From Octopus bimaculoides (lineage: Eukaryota): a stretch of 47,108 nucleotides of DNA. Below the pieces are notes generated by a model. That model worked only from the letters and a program-made list of their open reading frames with translations, had not been told where the DNA came from and ran no database searches. The stretch's first letter is position 1, and every line of letters begins with the position of its first letter. This document shows, piece by piece, positions 35,401 to 47,108 of this stretch. The stretch spans positions 108,127,782-108,174,889 of the forward strand of contig NC_068987.1 in assembly GCF_001194135.2 (NCBI RefSeq), read 5' to 3'. A program made the translations under genes and the position numbers.

Positions 35401-36659
35401 AAAATACAGTCACTTATAAAGGAAAAGCTAATTTAAAACGGATTCCAAGAATAGAAGATATTCTTCGTAGTGACACATTCTGCTACCTTTTCTTATTCAA
35501 GCATTCTGTCAATTTGTCTTTCTTTTGCTTATGTTTCCTTTTCATTCTTTCTACCTTTCATTCGTTCATTCGATCGTTCTTTCATTCTTGCATATATATT
35601 AAAGTATCTGAGCTTGAATGATTAGTGAATTGTCGCAGATACATTTGGTTAATATGATTGAATTGTACTGTTATTTCTCTTTACTTTTTATTCCTATTTT
35701 ATATATAAGCACAGCAATATTCCTTTTTCTATTTCTTTATATATAATGAAATATCTTATTTATCTGAATGTTTCTATAAAAGTATGTCCATTCGAATGAT
35801 TTCTTTATTCATTGCTTTCAGAATATTCTTTTTTAAAGGTATTATTTCTCTTTCATTGTTCAGACTGGGTTTAGCAATGAGAAATGTAAATCTCGTCTTT
35901 ACGATATGTAAAATTACATTTCGAGAGATATATGTTTTAATAAACAATTTTCGTCAGCAACTATTGTCTCTTTACATCTATTATTTCACTTAAATCTTTG
36001 CATTGTACTTTTTAGACACGTACACACGTTCTTGTAAATCAATATGATGAACTAAATGTTACATGATAAACAATTATTTTATTAAAATTATCTTCAAGTT
36101 GAGAGAAGAAAAACGGAAAATAAAACTAGCGGAAACCGTTAGAATCACTGAAGCATATAGAGAGATAATTTCAAAAGTTAAATAAAATTACATTTTCATT
36201 AATATTTCAGGAAATAATGACTATTTCATCTTTGCATCTACGGAGAGACATCTAAATGTCTTTCAACATTGATTTGTCCTCATTAAACACAGTAGTTTTT
36301 TTTTTTTTTTACTCTCCGACGATAAATTCTAAACAATTTCGCCTTCAAAAATATTTAGCAAACCGTGACTTAGTACAACTTGCTAACTTACCAAGTGAAA
36401 AGAATTCAAAAAGGTCATTGGTATTTATTTCCGTTAAAAAAAAAAAAAAACGAATATGGCGTGAAGAGAAATCACGAATAACAGATGGATTCTTTATTTA
36501 TTTCAATTGTATATAAGCAAAAATAATTTCACAAAGATATCAATAGCGTATACTGTTTATGCAAATCTAACTATGTATAGCTACCTGTGTACTTGCCTCT
36601 TCCATTGTATTATTGTATTTTATGAGGTTGAAACACCAGAAACTAGTTCTCTGATACAT

Positions 36660-36665
36660 GCATAA

Positions 36666-36704
<39 letters not shown>

Positions 36705-36808
36705 CATATATATATATACATATATATATATATACATATATATATACATACATATATATATATACATATATATATACATACATATATATATATACATATA
36801 TATATACA
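36660..36808. repeat. (AT)n/(ATATATAC)n microsatellite
   Basis: Direct reading. Confidence 0.95.
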
Positions 36809-37535
36809 NNNNNNNNNNNNNNNNNNNNNNNNNNNNNNNNNNNNNNNNNNNNNNNNNNNNNNNNNNNNNNNNNNNNNNNNNNNNNNNNNNNNNNNNNNNN
36901 NNNNNNNNNNNNNNNNNNNNNNNNNNNNNNNNNNNNNNNNNNNNNNNNNNNNNNNNNNNNNNNNNNNNNNNNNNNNNNNNNNNNNNNNNNNNNNNNNNNN
37001 NNNNNNNNNNNNNNNNNNNNNNNNNNNNNNNNNNNNNNNNNNNNNNNNNNNNNNNNNNNNNNNNNNNNNNNNNNNNNNNNNNNNNNNNNNNNNNNNNNNN
37101 NNNNNNNNNNNNNNNNNNNNNNNNNNNNNNNNNNNNNNNNNNNNNNNNNNNNNNNNNNNNNNNNNNNNNNNNNNNNNNNNNNNNNNNNNNNNNNNNNNNN
37201 NNNNNNNNNNNNNNNNNNNNNNNNNNNNNNNNNNNNNNNNNNNNNNNNNNNNNNNNNNNNNNNNNNNNNNNNNNNNNNNNNNNNNNNNNNNNNNNNNNNN
37301 NNNNNNNNNNNNNNNNNNNNNNNNNNNNNNNNNNNNNNNNNNNNNNNNNNNNNNNNNNNNNNNNNNNNNNNNNNNNNNNNNNNNNNNNNNNNNNNNNNNN
37401 NNNNNNNNNNNNNNNNNNNNNNNNNNNNNNNNNNNNNNNNNNNNNNNNNNNNNNNNNNNNNNNNNNNNNNNNNNNNNNNNNNNNNNNNNNNNNNNNNNNN
37501 NNNNNNNNNNNNNNNNNNNNNNNNNNNNNNNNNNN
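36809..37535. other. Assembly gap (N)
   Basis: N-run. Confidence 0.99.
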
Positions 37536-37642
37536 ATACCGGAGTAATCACATAAATGTGAAGCAAAGTGGGAAAAAGAGTACTCAAATACCAGAGGTAG
37601 AGTAATATGCTTTATTTAAAAGCAGCAGAAATATAACAAAAG

Positions 37643-37679
37643 CTGTTACTCAGAGTTACACGTTCCGTTCGTCGGACAG
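37643..37679 (-). ncRNA. Minimal type I hammerhead ribozyme fold (two core substitutions), in a probable Penelope-like terminal repeat
   Basis: CTGT-CCGACGA-ACG gaa CGT-GTA-ACT ctg AGT-A/ACAG: stems I, II and III all pair; predicted GUA cleavage between 37647 and 37646. Confidence 0.65.
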
Positions 37680-38099
37680 TTTCGTTAACAAAACTGTCCA
37701 ACGAACTGTTCCAGAATCCTCTGTCCTAATGTGTCGAGTTATCTATCGTAGAATCAACGATCGTTATAAAAAGATTTTTTTCTCTTTGATGTACATTACA
37801 ACAACTACCGTTTTAGCTACAGAACTTGCATTGTCGTATTGAGAATACATATGCGGATAGAATTTGTAGAGGAGCTGCTAAGAACATAAGCCAATACGAT
37901 AAGAATAGTTCGCTTGTTAATTCGAATAGCACTGGAAAACATTGAAAATAGAAAACAAATTGAATTTATCTGACTAACCAATAAATTAGATAGCGTTATT
38001 ATTAGAAATGTTAATGTAGCTGTAGCATATGTGATGTTGCAATGTATTTTAATGTTCTCTAAGTTAATGAATTACATCATCCTGACCCACATCAAAGTC

Positions 38100-38330
38100 T
38101 ATACTTCTTGGAAGTGTATTTTGCAACTACGAATCTGCTACTGTGAACCCAAACATATTTTTGTACAGTCCCTTTCGTAAATTTTATAGGTGGATGAACA
38201 CGTTCGATGATAATCCATTTGCTTTTGTAAACACTGCGCTTATAGGAACAGAATCCTTGACGCCGTTGCTTCATGTAGATGATATTTTATCTCCAACTTG
38301 TGAACTAATCAGTTTGACTCCAAAGTGATA
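38100..38330 (-). mobile_element. Possible Penelope-like RT relic
   Basis: SNGVKDSVPISAVFTK resembles xxGVAMGSPISxVxAN, with stops on either side. It is on the same strand as, and upstream of, the hammerhead-bearing terminus. Confidence 0.3.
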
Positions 38331-38539
38331 TAGTAACATTTCTAGTTTTTTTTTTGGGGGGGGGGATTTTCGATGTCAATTTAAAGCAAGTGCAGATTTC
38401 ATCGTCTTTGCTTCCTTTTAGCATAACTGGCTTTCATGGAATTCACCTGCCAATACTGAGTGTCATTCTGCATTCTTTAATATAATATATGTGTACGTGT
38501 GTGTATGTGTGTGCGTGCGTGCATGCGCTGATGTGTGTT

Positions 38540-38690
38540 TGTGTTTGTATTTATACCTTACAGTTTCAGCAAAAATGATCGAGAGAATAAGTACGGTTAC
38601 TTTGAAAACCTAATACTGCGGGCAATTGGCTTGATCCCATGATCTCGCATTGCAGCAGTCCAGTAAATGAAACAAGTAAAATGTAAAGAT
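38540..38690 (+). mobile_element. 3' half of an old family A SINE
   Basis: CAGTTTCAGCAAAAATGATCGAGAGAATAAGTAC...GCAGTCCAGTAAATGAAACAAGTAAAATGTAAAG. Confidence 0.6.
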
Positions 38691-38905
38691 ATATATCACT
38701 TGCCTTCTACAAAGAACACATGCGATTTTGATTCATTTTTCTGAAGTTCTCTTGAGCCAAACTAGCTATAAACGGTCCGAATAATACTTAATGTATATTC
38801 CAATTAAACAGACACTGTGATTGTCTTAAATTTATTTTTCAACGCAACAAATGAAATTATTTTCCATAACATTGATGGACGCCTGTACACATCTTTTTAT
38901 ATATA

Positions 38906-39075
38906 CAGGCCTATTCTCCGCCCCAAATTTTAAGGAGTGTGTAGCCACAACAAGGCACACCAAGCATTCCATACCCTGCGTGGCGTAAGAAGCGACTAAA
39001 AGGGGTGGGAGCGAGGGGACTGAGACTCCTCTCCTTCTAGTAAATCCATATTCCTAAAAAGAAAGGAAAAAAGAA
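38906..39075 (+). mobile_element. Short GC-rich, structured retroposon-like insert with an A-rich tail (unclassified)
   Basis: ~170-bp GC-rich island in AT-rich DNA, containing CCCTGCGTGGCGTAAGAAGCGACTAAAAGGG and a 7-bp hairpin; ends in AAAAAGAAAGGAAAAAAGAA. Confidence 0.4.
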
Positions 39076-39243
39076 TGTGTACACATGTTTTTTTTTTTTT
39101 CCATCGTGGAAATGATTTATATATTTTTCATGTACATTGAAGAAGCAAACACGATCAAGTAAATATGGAATCGGTTCTATTTCATTTGAAACTATTACTC
39201 ACCAATAAATAATATCTTTTATTCTTAATATTATTTAGTTCTT

Positions 39244-39329
39244 TAAGGCGACGAGATGGCAGAATCTTTAGCACACCGGGAAAAATGCTTAGCGGTATTT
39301 CATCCGTCTTTACGTTCTTAGTTCAAATT
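39244..39329 (+). mobile_element. Family B SINE, 5' head only
   Basis: GGCGACGAGATGGCAGAATC...AAATGCTTAGCGGTATTTC...TACGTTCTTAGTTCAAATT. Confidence 0.8.
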
Positions 39330-40207
39330 AATTTTTCCTATGCCTTGCAGCCTGTTTTGGTTTGTTTTCCTTGATATTTACAGTTAATGTATCGGTATAA
39401 TATGATGACTCTCTCAAATTATGTAGCCCGATTGTCGACCAAATGTAGATACTTTGCTTGAGGCCGTATATCATATTAATAGGATAAAATTCTCATAGAA
39501 TAGTTTGTATCTTAATTAAATTTTCAAATACCTTAAATAAATGAATATGAATGTAATATTTGAAACTATAGATTGAACGTTACATTATTATATATTTTCT
39601 TTAGTTGATATTATTTGTTCTGCACATTCGGATACACAATGTTTTTTTAGTATAAATATACATTATCATAAAGACTTCCAACACCTGATCGTGAAGCATA
39701 AACACTAAGCTGCGTTTTCATGATGCTATTCTACAACTATCATTGCTCCCATCAGTGTTTATTCATTGACACGGCAAAACCTTGGGGTACCGAAAGCCGA
39801 AAACTTCCAAATCGAAAGTGTACGTCTGTTAGTTTGGCTGCAATCTTGAATATAATTATATGACCTTCGTTTCTCTTTTCTTCTCTAAATAAATGTGCCT
39901 GCCTCACCACAAAGTATTTACTGTACAAATGTATGATTATATCATCAGAAGACAGCGTTCAAGTTCAAATAGGTTTCGCTTTAATATTTATTTGTTAATA
40001 TGATATGAATGCTTATTCAAATGACTATGCTGCATAACTTTCTGAGAAAAGTATCGATAATAATATAGATACGTACTAATTTATTTTATAAGGTATTTTA
40101 TGTTATCTGCATCGGAAGGATAATAGTATTTGAACACAGCATGTGCATAACTCCCAGTATTTTGCAAAGCACTCTACTCATTCTGGAAATCCACCATCTT
40201 TCGCATT

Positions 40208-40415
40208 AGGCGGGGAGGTGAACTGGAGAATCTTTACGGCGTAGGACAAAGTGTTTTATGGAAATTCTTCCGACTTTACGTTCTTTGTTCGAATGCCACT
40301 GAAATTGATTTTTACTTTCGTTCTTTTGGGGCTGATAAAATAAGTACTGGGGTGCATGTAACCTACTTATAGCCTACACCGAAACTGCCGATCTTGTGCC
40401 AACATTTCAAGCAAT
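40208..40415 (+). mobile_element. Old family B SINE
   Basis: GGTGAACTGGAGAATC...TTTACGTTCTTTGTTCGAATGCC...GATAAAATAAGTACTGGGG...TCTTGTGCCAACATTT. Confidence 0.6.
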
Positions 40416-40452
40416 ATTGTAAGCGTGAAACTCGTTTAAATAGACTATAATG

Positions 40453-40855
40453 CTCTTTTACTCTTTTACTTGTTTTAGCCATTTGACTGCGGCCATGCTT
40501 GGGCACCGCCTTTTAGTTGAGCAAATCGCCCCCAGTACTTATTCTTTGTAAGCCTAGTACTTATTCTATCGGTCTCTTTTTGCCGAACCACTAAGTTACG
40601 GGGACGTAAACACACCAGCCTCGGTTGTCAAGCGAAGTAGGGGGGGGGGCAAACACAGACACACAAGCATATACACACATACATATATATATACATATAT
40701 ACGACGGGCTTCTTTCAGTTTCTGTCTACCAAATCCACTCAAAAGGCTTTGGTCGGCCCGAGGCTATAGTAGAAGACACTTGCCCAAGGTGCCACGCAGT
40801 GGAACTGAACCCAGAACCATGTGGTTGGTAAGCAAGCTACTTACACACAGCCACT
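40453..40855 (-). mobile_element. Family A SINE, near full length and young
   Basis: (CTCTTTTA)2 tail; GGGCTTCTTTCAGTTTCTGTCTACCAAATCCACTC; CCCAAGGTGCCACGCAGTGGAACTGAACCC. Confidence 0.92.
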
Positions 40856-42304
40856 TGTGCTAGATAGTATTTTTTAAGTTGGGAATAATAAAAAGCCTGT
40901 GACTTAATCTCAGTACCTGACTGCTTGGTTAGTTTATTGCCTCGTGAAAGATGGGAGGTAAAATCATCGTCAGGGGTGATTTGATACTGATTTCTGACAT
41001 AGACCCAAGGTTTCCGAATTTTGAAGAGCGGTAAAATTGGTTATATCAATCCGATTATTTAATTGCTACTTTATATTATTTACAAAGAAATGGAGAAAGA
41101 CAAAACTTAAGCCAGTGGAAATTTAACTGAAAACGTGAAGAGCCATATCAATATTCCTCAACGGATTTTGTACGATTCACTATCGATTATGCCAATCAGA
41201 TGTTAAATTAACACTGAATTCGATGGCTTCCTTGGTTAACGTATGATCAATGATTTTCCAGCTCTGCTAGTGTTGTAAAAGGGAAACTATTGAATAATCT
41301 TACAGTGTGAGTAAAGTAACTTGCTCCAACCAAGATTAGAACATGGATCAATGATTGAATGCACTGGTATCTTATCTACGGCCCTGCAGAATTTACAGTT
41401 TTGGCTTTTATTAATGTTTTATATAGTTTTAGTATATTACCGTTAGGACACATATTTACAAGAATAGCCAACGTGGCGATATGTGTTATCGATGAGCCCA
41501 TCCACATATTTTCCAATAAATGTTTAATGCGTATGACACAAAAACGCAATATCGATTTGTTTCTAACAAAAACCCAATACGAACTTTGGTAGAGAATACA
41601 TGTAGTCAACTAAATCAATTCCAATATATTACTGATAATTATTTTAGCGATAACAAATCGATAAACAATCATATAGACATGGCTTTTGTATTGAACTCAT
41701 GATGGTAGAGGACCAAGGTTAATAAAATATAAGCGCCGAAAATCTAATATTAATCTAATATTTCATAACAAATAGAAAATGGACGTGTTTATAGTTTTAC
41801 TACTAAGAAATATGAAACCAAACATGGTGTGATGACATGATTTTTTATGCGCATATATATGTATGAGTGTGTGTGTGTGTGTCTGTGTGTTTGTGAACGT
41901 ATGTATGTGTCTATGCATGTCTGCCTGTGTCTATATGGACGTGCGTGCATAGGTATGTGCTTGAGTGTGTTTGTGTTTAAGTATATGTATAAATTATATA
42001 TATACGCATATGTATATACACGCAGGCATACACACGCATCTATGCGCAAAATTTATCCGGCAGTACGTGAAATTCGATACAGTCGGCTAATCTAAAAATA
42101 TAACAATACTTTTCCCATGGGAAAGAATATTCTGAACTCTCCTAAGCGGTTTCGATTTTCTTTGATGCACTCCACCGGATTCGGGCATCCCAATGTTATT
42201 TTTCGGCAAATGCCTTATATATTGTTCCGATTTTTAGGGATTTCAATAAGCTGAAAAATCTGATTTGCATATATAGTGAATTAATCGTTGTATTCAGGTA
42301 CAAA

Positions 42305-42923
42305 CGCAGTATCTTTTGTACTCAAGGCACAAGGCCTCAAATGTTTGGGAAGGGGACCAGTCAACTAGGTCGACCTCAGTACACAACTGGTACTTGATTT
42401 ATCGATTCCGAAAGGGTGAAAGATAAAGTCGACCCCGGCGGAATTTGAAAGCAGAATGTAAATATAGACGAAATACCGGTAAGCATTTCACACGACGTAC
42501 TAACGTTTCTTATTTCTTTACTGCCCACAAGGGGCTACACACAGAGGGGACAAACAAGGACAGACAAACGGATTAAGTCGATTACATCGATCCAGTGTGT
42601 AACTGGTACTTATTTAATCGACCCGAAAGGATGAAAGGCAAAGTCGACCTCGGCGGAATTTGAACTTAGAACGTAGCGGTAGACAAAATACCTATTTCGT
42701 TATTGCCCACAAGGGGCTAAACATAGACGGGACAAACAAGGACAGACAAAGGGATTAAGTCGATTACATCGACCCCAGTGCGTAACTGGTACTTAATTTA
42801 TCGACCCCGAAAGGATGAAAGGCAAAGTCGACCTCGGCGGAATTTGAACTCAGAACGTCACAGCAGACGAAATACCGCTAAGCATTTCGCCCGGCGTGCT
42901 AACGTTTCTGCGAGCTCGCCGCC
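42305..42923 (-). mobile_element. Head-to-tail trimer of family B SINEs (42693-42923 full; 42511-42692 and 42305-42510 5'-clipped)
   Basis: Three consecutive AAAGTCGACC.CGGCGGAATTTGAA cores; junctions ...AAAATACC|TATTTCG and ...AACGTTTCT|TATTTCT. Confidence 0.92.
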
Positions 42924-44487
42924 TTGGTACGCACGCAGTGTCAGCGAAACACTACACCGCTCCAATAGATAGACACTATAGTAAAACTATAGTCTCAGAT
43001 TTATGCCTCTAGGCAATTATAAATACAACGTCTCCACATGTTGAAATATAATGCCAAAAGAAATACTTTACTATCAATAAAATCGATTCTATAAGAAAAA
43101 TGATAAAAAAAGTTTTTAAATAAACTATATAGATAGAGAAAAAAAACAAAAAGAGACATGGATAGATAATTTTAAAAATGCAATATTGCACTGAAACCGC
43201 AAGTTGAGAGCTCAAGTAAAAATTAGATTCGTCCACACAAATAATCAACTAAGACATAATAGAATTAGTTTATGTGTTAAACTGATATGTTTCAAGTTGA
43301 ATCTTACAACAAAAGGAATGAAACGAACTAAAAAATAATAAAGAGCAAAATTAAAAAGAGCAGAAAAATGATTTACTATACATAAAAGAATATACGTGTT
43401 CGCTTATATGTGGTTGTATGATTACCTATCGTCTTAACAGGTTTGTTGCTTATCACGCGACTCAACAATAGTGTCATTGATCGAAGATTTCCGAATTTTA
43501 TTGAAATATAGGAAAGTGAAAGTAGAGAGCACGGTGTGTATTGAATTTAATTCATATACATCACAATATTTTATTTAATTTTCAATCTATTGAAATAATT
43601 TAAAGCTAAAATTGGAACCATGTAAAAGTAACAAGTGACATCAGTCAATGTAAAATAACATCTGTCGAGTATTAGAACTGTTTCTCGATTGCAGGAGACC
43701 GAGATTTTTACTTGGCTCAATGAGTTATATAAATTTAATGCAGAAAATTTAGTGATTTTTTTTCATTTTACCTTTCATAGAATTCCTAGAAGTGATCTGC
43801 GACCTACATGCAATAGCCAAGAGCATTCAAAACGTTTAAAGTTGTAACAAAATAGGAAAAAAAAAACTATCAATAGAAAGCTAAAATGTTGTCTTTATGC
43901 ATATTGACCAGGAATTCAGTTCAACTACTGTGTACGGCACACATTAAATCATGATATTTTGTATGAATATAATTAAAGAAATATCGAACGTAATGCAGGT
44001 TCGTGTACCTAGAGGCGATATATTATTTGAACGTGAATAAATCTCCATTACTTGAAGTGTAGGTTAGACGATAAAATTCCATACATATATACTTCACAAT
44101 GTAGCTGTGAAACACATACGCAGATACGAACACTCACACACTTATATGTGTATATTTATGTATGCGTGTTTACATAGAGATAGGGCCGACTGAGTGAACA
44201 TAGAGTGATGAGCACGAGGAACAACTCAAAATCCAGACACCACCAGTACAGCAAACGGTTGTAAACAACAAGGACATATTGACATTGAAATGCTCGAAGA
44301 AACAACTGAAAACGACGATGATATTCATACATACTGAAAAAATGCAAGGGAACAATGCTACCTGAGAATCACTTCAAATGGATTAACTGCAATTGTAAAA
44401 TACCTGCCGTGTGAAGCTAAGGTCATAGCAGATAGATGTTCACTGAGAAGAATGAAGCAACATTTTTCAGTCGTAGAACATCTCCAT

Positions 44488-44506
44488 GAGAGAATGGATA
44501 ACATCT

Positions 44507-44579
<73 letters not shown>
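44488..44579. repeat. (AT)n microsatellite
   Basis: Direct reading. Confidence 0.95.
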
Positions 44580-44582
<3 letters not shown>

Positions 44583-44632
44583 TCGTTTTGGGATTTGGTT
44601 TGCAAGATTTCTTATGAGTTCATGTGTTGAAG

Positions 44633-44906
44633 CATATTCTGTTGTGTCTGGGGAGAGCCATTCTCTTTTAGTGCCTTATAATTTAACACACTCACCGGTA
44701 AAATTTACTCTAATTTCCTTCTTTATTTTACTACAATTTTCATTGTCTTACAACCTTTTCACTAGTTTTGACCCAAAACTATTGATAAGGTTGTAAGACA
44801 CAATGAAAATGTAAGAAGATTAAAGAAGGAAATGAGTGGAAATGTTACCGGTGAGTGTGTTAAATTATAAGGCACTAAAGGAGAATGACCCTCCCCTGAC
44901 ACAACA

Positions 44907-44911
<5 letters not shown>
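44633..44911. repeat. ~280-bp imperfect palindrome (arms ~125 bp)
   Basis: The left arm CATATTCTGTTGTGTCTGGGG...TCTTACAACCTT is the reverse complement of the right arm AAGGTTGTAAGAC...CCCCTGACACAACAGTATG, including TACCGGTGAGTGTGTTAAATTATAAGGCACTAAA. Confidence 0.95.
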
Positions 44912-44939
<28 letters not shown>

Positions 44940-44940
<1 letters not shown>

Positions 44941-46790
44941 GCGGATGTTAACAGCAAATAGCTGCAGAATCGCAAACATCTCACTCATGTGGTCTTGTGA
45001 GACATGATGTGGTGATTCTCCTGACAAAGGATCCGAACAATTGGAGGGAGAGAAATTTTGGTAACTTAAGGTCTGAAGTTCTGCTGAATGCAGAGTTGAG
45101 GTTTTTGGCCAATGTTTTAGCTAGGAGGTTGACGCTTGTTCGCGATTATTTTCGAGAATATGGCACGTTTCTGTGCCACACCAAACTGACCTATGCTCAA
45201 AGACTTACAAAACATATCTGATATATAAAAATGGGGCGAGTAAGGGAACTTAATCAATTTAGATGAATCGAACATTTCGATAGGGTCACACTTCATTACT
45301 TGGTTGCTGCTCCGAAAGGAGCTTGTTTTGGTCCCATCTTCAGTTTGGATCACTGTATTGTATAGCAACATCTGTTCAATGACCAGAGTATATCGCAATT
45401 AATGGAACCATTCAGTATCATGCTTTCGGTTTATCAAGGGTGTCCTCTCTAACCCCTTCAATACATGCTTACACTAGAACCACTACTTCAGAAGTTAAAG
45501 AATACAAGGGCATCTCGCTAGAACTTGGATGCAAAGAGATGCGTCATCATATGCAAACGACATCATTGCAATCCTGTCAGACACTAAACACAGTGAAGTG
45601 ATCGGTAGAATACGAAGCGATGACAGGATCAAAACCTAACCAAGGAAACTGATGAGCTTGCACCTTGGCACCTGGTGAGGCAGATCTCTGTCTCCTGACA
45701 CCGTTGTGGATAACTTGGCAGACAGACCGTTTAGACTGCTTAGAGGTATTTCTATGATCCGTCATTTCGTACGGCCTGACATTGTTAACTTGCCTGATTT
45801 ATAACTAATCAATTTTGGGCTTTCTTTGGAGGTAGCTGGTTCTGATGCTTAGACGTTCCATTGATTAGCAGCATTCCAACGCTCCAGTGTTTCCTTAACG
45901 TGAGTAGATGTAGTCGCCATTTATCGAACTCTATCCTACAGTTCATATCTGTGATGAAGCAGCAGTCCTGGATCAAACGTTTAGAGTGACAGGGTGTTGT
46001 CAGATGCCTGCGACCATCTACAAGTTAGCTAATATGGTCGGTGGAATTTCCATCGTGGAGTTTATAGGGGATTAGTGGGGAGGAGCAATACACCTTCGAG
46101 AGTGTTCTGGTCGTCAAAGAAAGTCAGCTGGCTTGTCTGTTCCCAAGAACTTTTGGTTCCGAGCCTATGGATGTTTTCGAGAAATACCAGCCTAGAGTTC
46201 AGAAGAAACTGTACAAGCAATATAGCGACGTTAGTCGGACCTGTCCGAGATGCACGCAAAGAGATGAATTTATCTTGCTTGTTTTTACTCTGTAAGAGCA
46301 TACTGACTTCTGGAATTATAGGAAACAGCTGCTGTCGCCTGTAGCACAATTCTTCCTATCAATCCACTCCATCGTGACGACGCCCAGCCAAATTCCTTTA
46401 ACCAGGAAGGACGGCAGTTTTCATCTGTCTAGATACTATGTTGAAATAGGCTGTGTTGCGTGAAACTGAGAGAAATGAAGGCGGAGACTTTCAATTTTCC
46501 CTGAGCCCTCATCGAATGCTTCAAGTCTCGGTTGAAAAGAAGGGTGAGAGTAGAAGGTGATGTAATTAGCATCTACAAATTTATTGAAATGCAAGTGAAT
46601 GTGATGAGTAGGGCTCGAATTTGATGCCCCCCTCTAAACTTGCATCATATGATGGCGAAAACAGAGGATATAAGAGAGAACCATCTCTAGTACTTTTCGC
46701 AGCTGAGGTGATCTAGAATCGGTAGATTTCCTTGGTTACCCCGGAGCCCGTACTCAACTATTCTGGCAAACTTTTATTCATTTCTTGTTA
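44940..46790 (+). mobile_element. 5'-truncated, decayed L1/Tx1-clade LINE (RT, C-terminal CxxC, 3' UTR)
   Basis: VVILLTKDPN...LLNAELRFLANVLARRL; LINLD..FDRV; QGCPL (45435-45449); YAND (45550-45561, cf. YADD); RTCPRC (CPRC 46242-46253); many stops and frameshifts. Confidence 0.85.
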
Positions 46791-46809
46791 ATACATTCAT
46801 ATGTCACGA

Positions 46810-47108
<299 letters not shown>

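Noticed and set aside
22757-37605. 200-330-aa ORFs full of X
   Set aside because: Artefacts of N-gaps read as open codons.
42112-42125. Perfect 14-bp palindrome TTTCCCATGGGAAA
   Set aside because: Single short palindrome with no supporting context; may be chance.

Overview
AT-rich, repeat-dominated eukaryotic DNA, most likely from an octopod cephalopod (Octopus-like). This is inferred from the tRNA-derived SINE families and the microsatellite load, not from a database search. There are five N-gaps, each beside an (AT)n or (GT)n run. I found no convincing host protein-coding gene; almost all long ORFs in the track are microsatellite or gap artefacts. The window holds a small minus-strand tRNA-His(GUG) cluster: two intact identical genes (10430-10501, 17635-17706) and a 43-nt copy lacking the anticodon arm (12305-12347). 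All three share a conserved 36-bp upstream block. Mobile DNA includes at least three SINE families, a ~720-bp mariner derivative with a clean internal inversion, a decayed Tx1/L1 ORF2, and a probable L1/Tx1 ORF1 start at the left edge. There are also CR1-type RT relics, a probable R4/Dong 3' end at the right edge, and Penelope-like relics (a GIY-YIG motif and inverted termini). One Penelope-like terminus carries a complete minimal hammerhead-ribozyme fold at 37643-37679(-). All alignments were done by eye, and repeat boundaries are approximate (about 10-20 bp).
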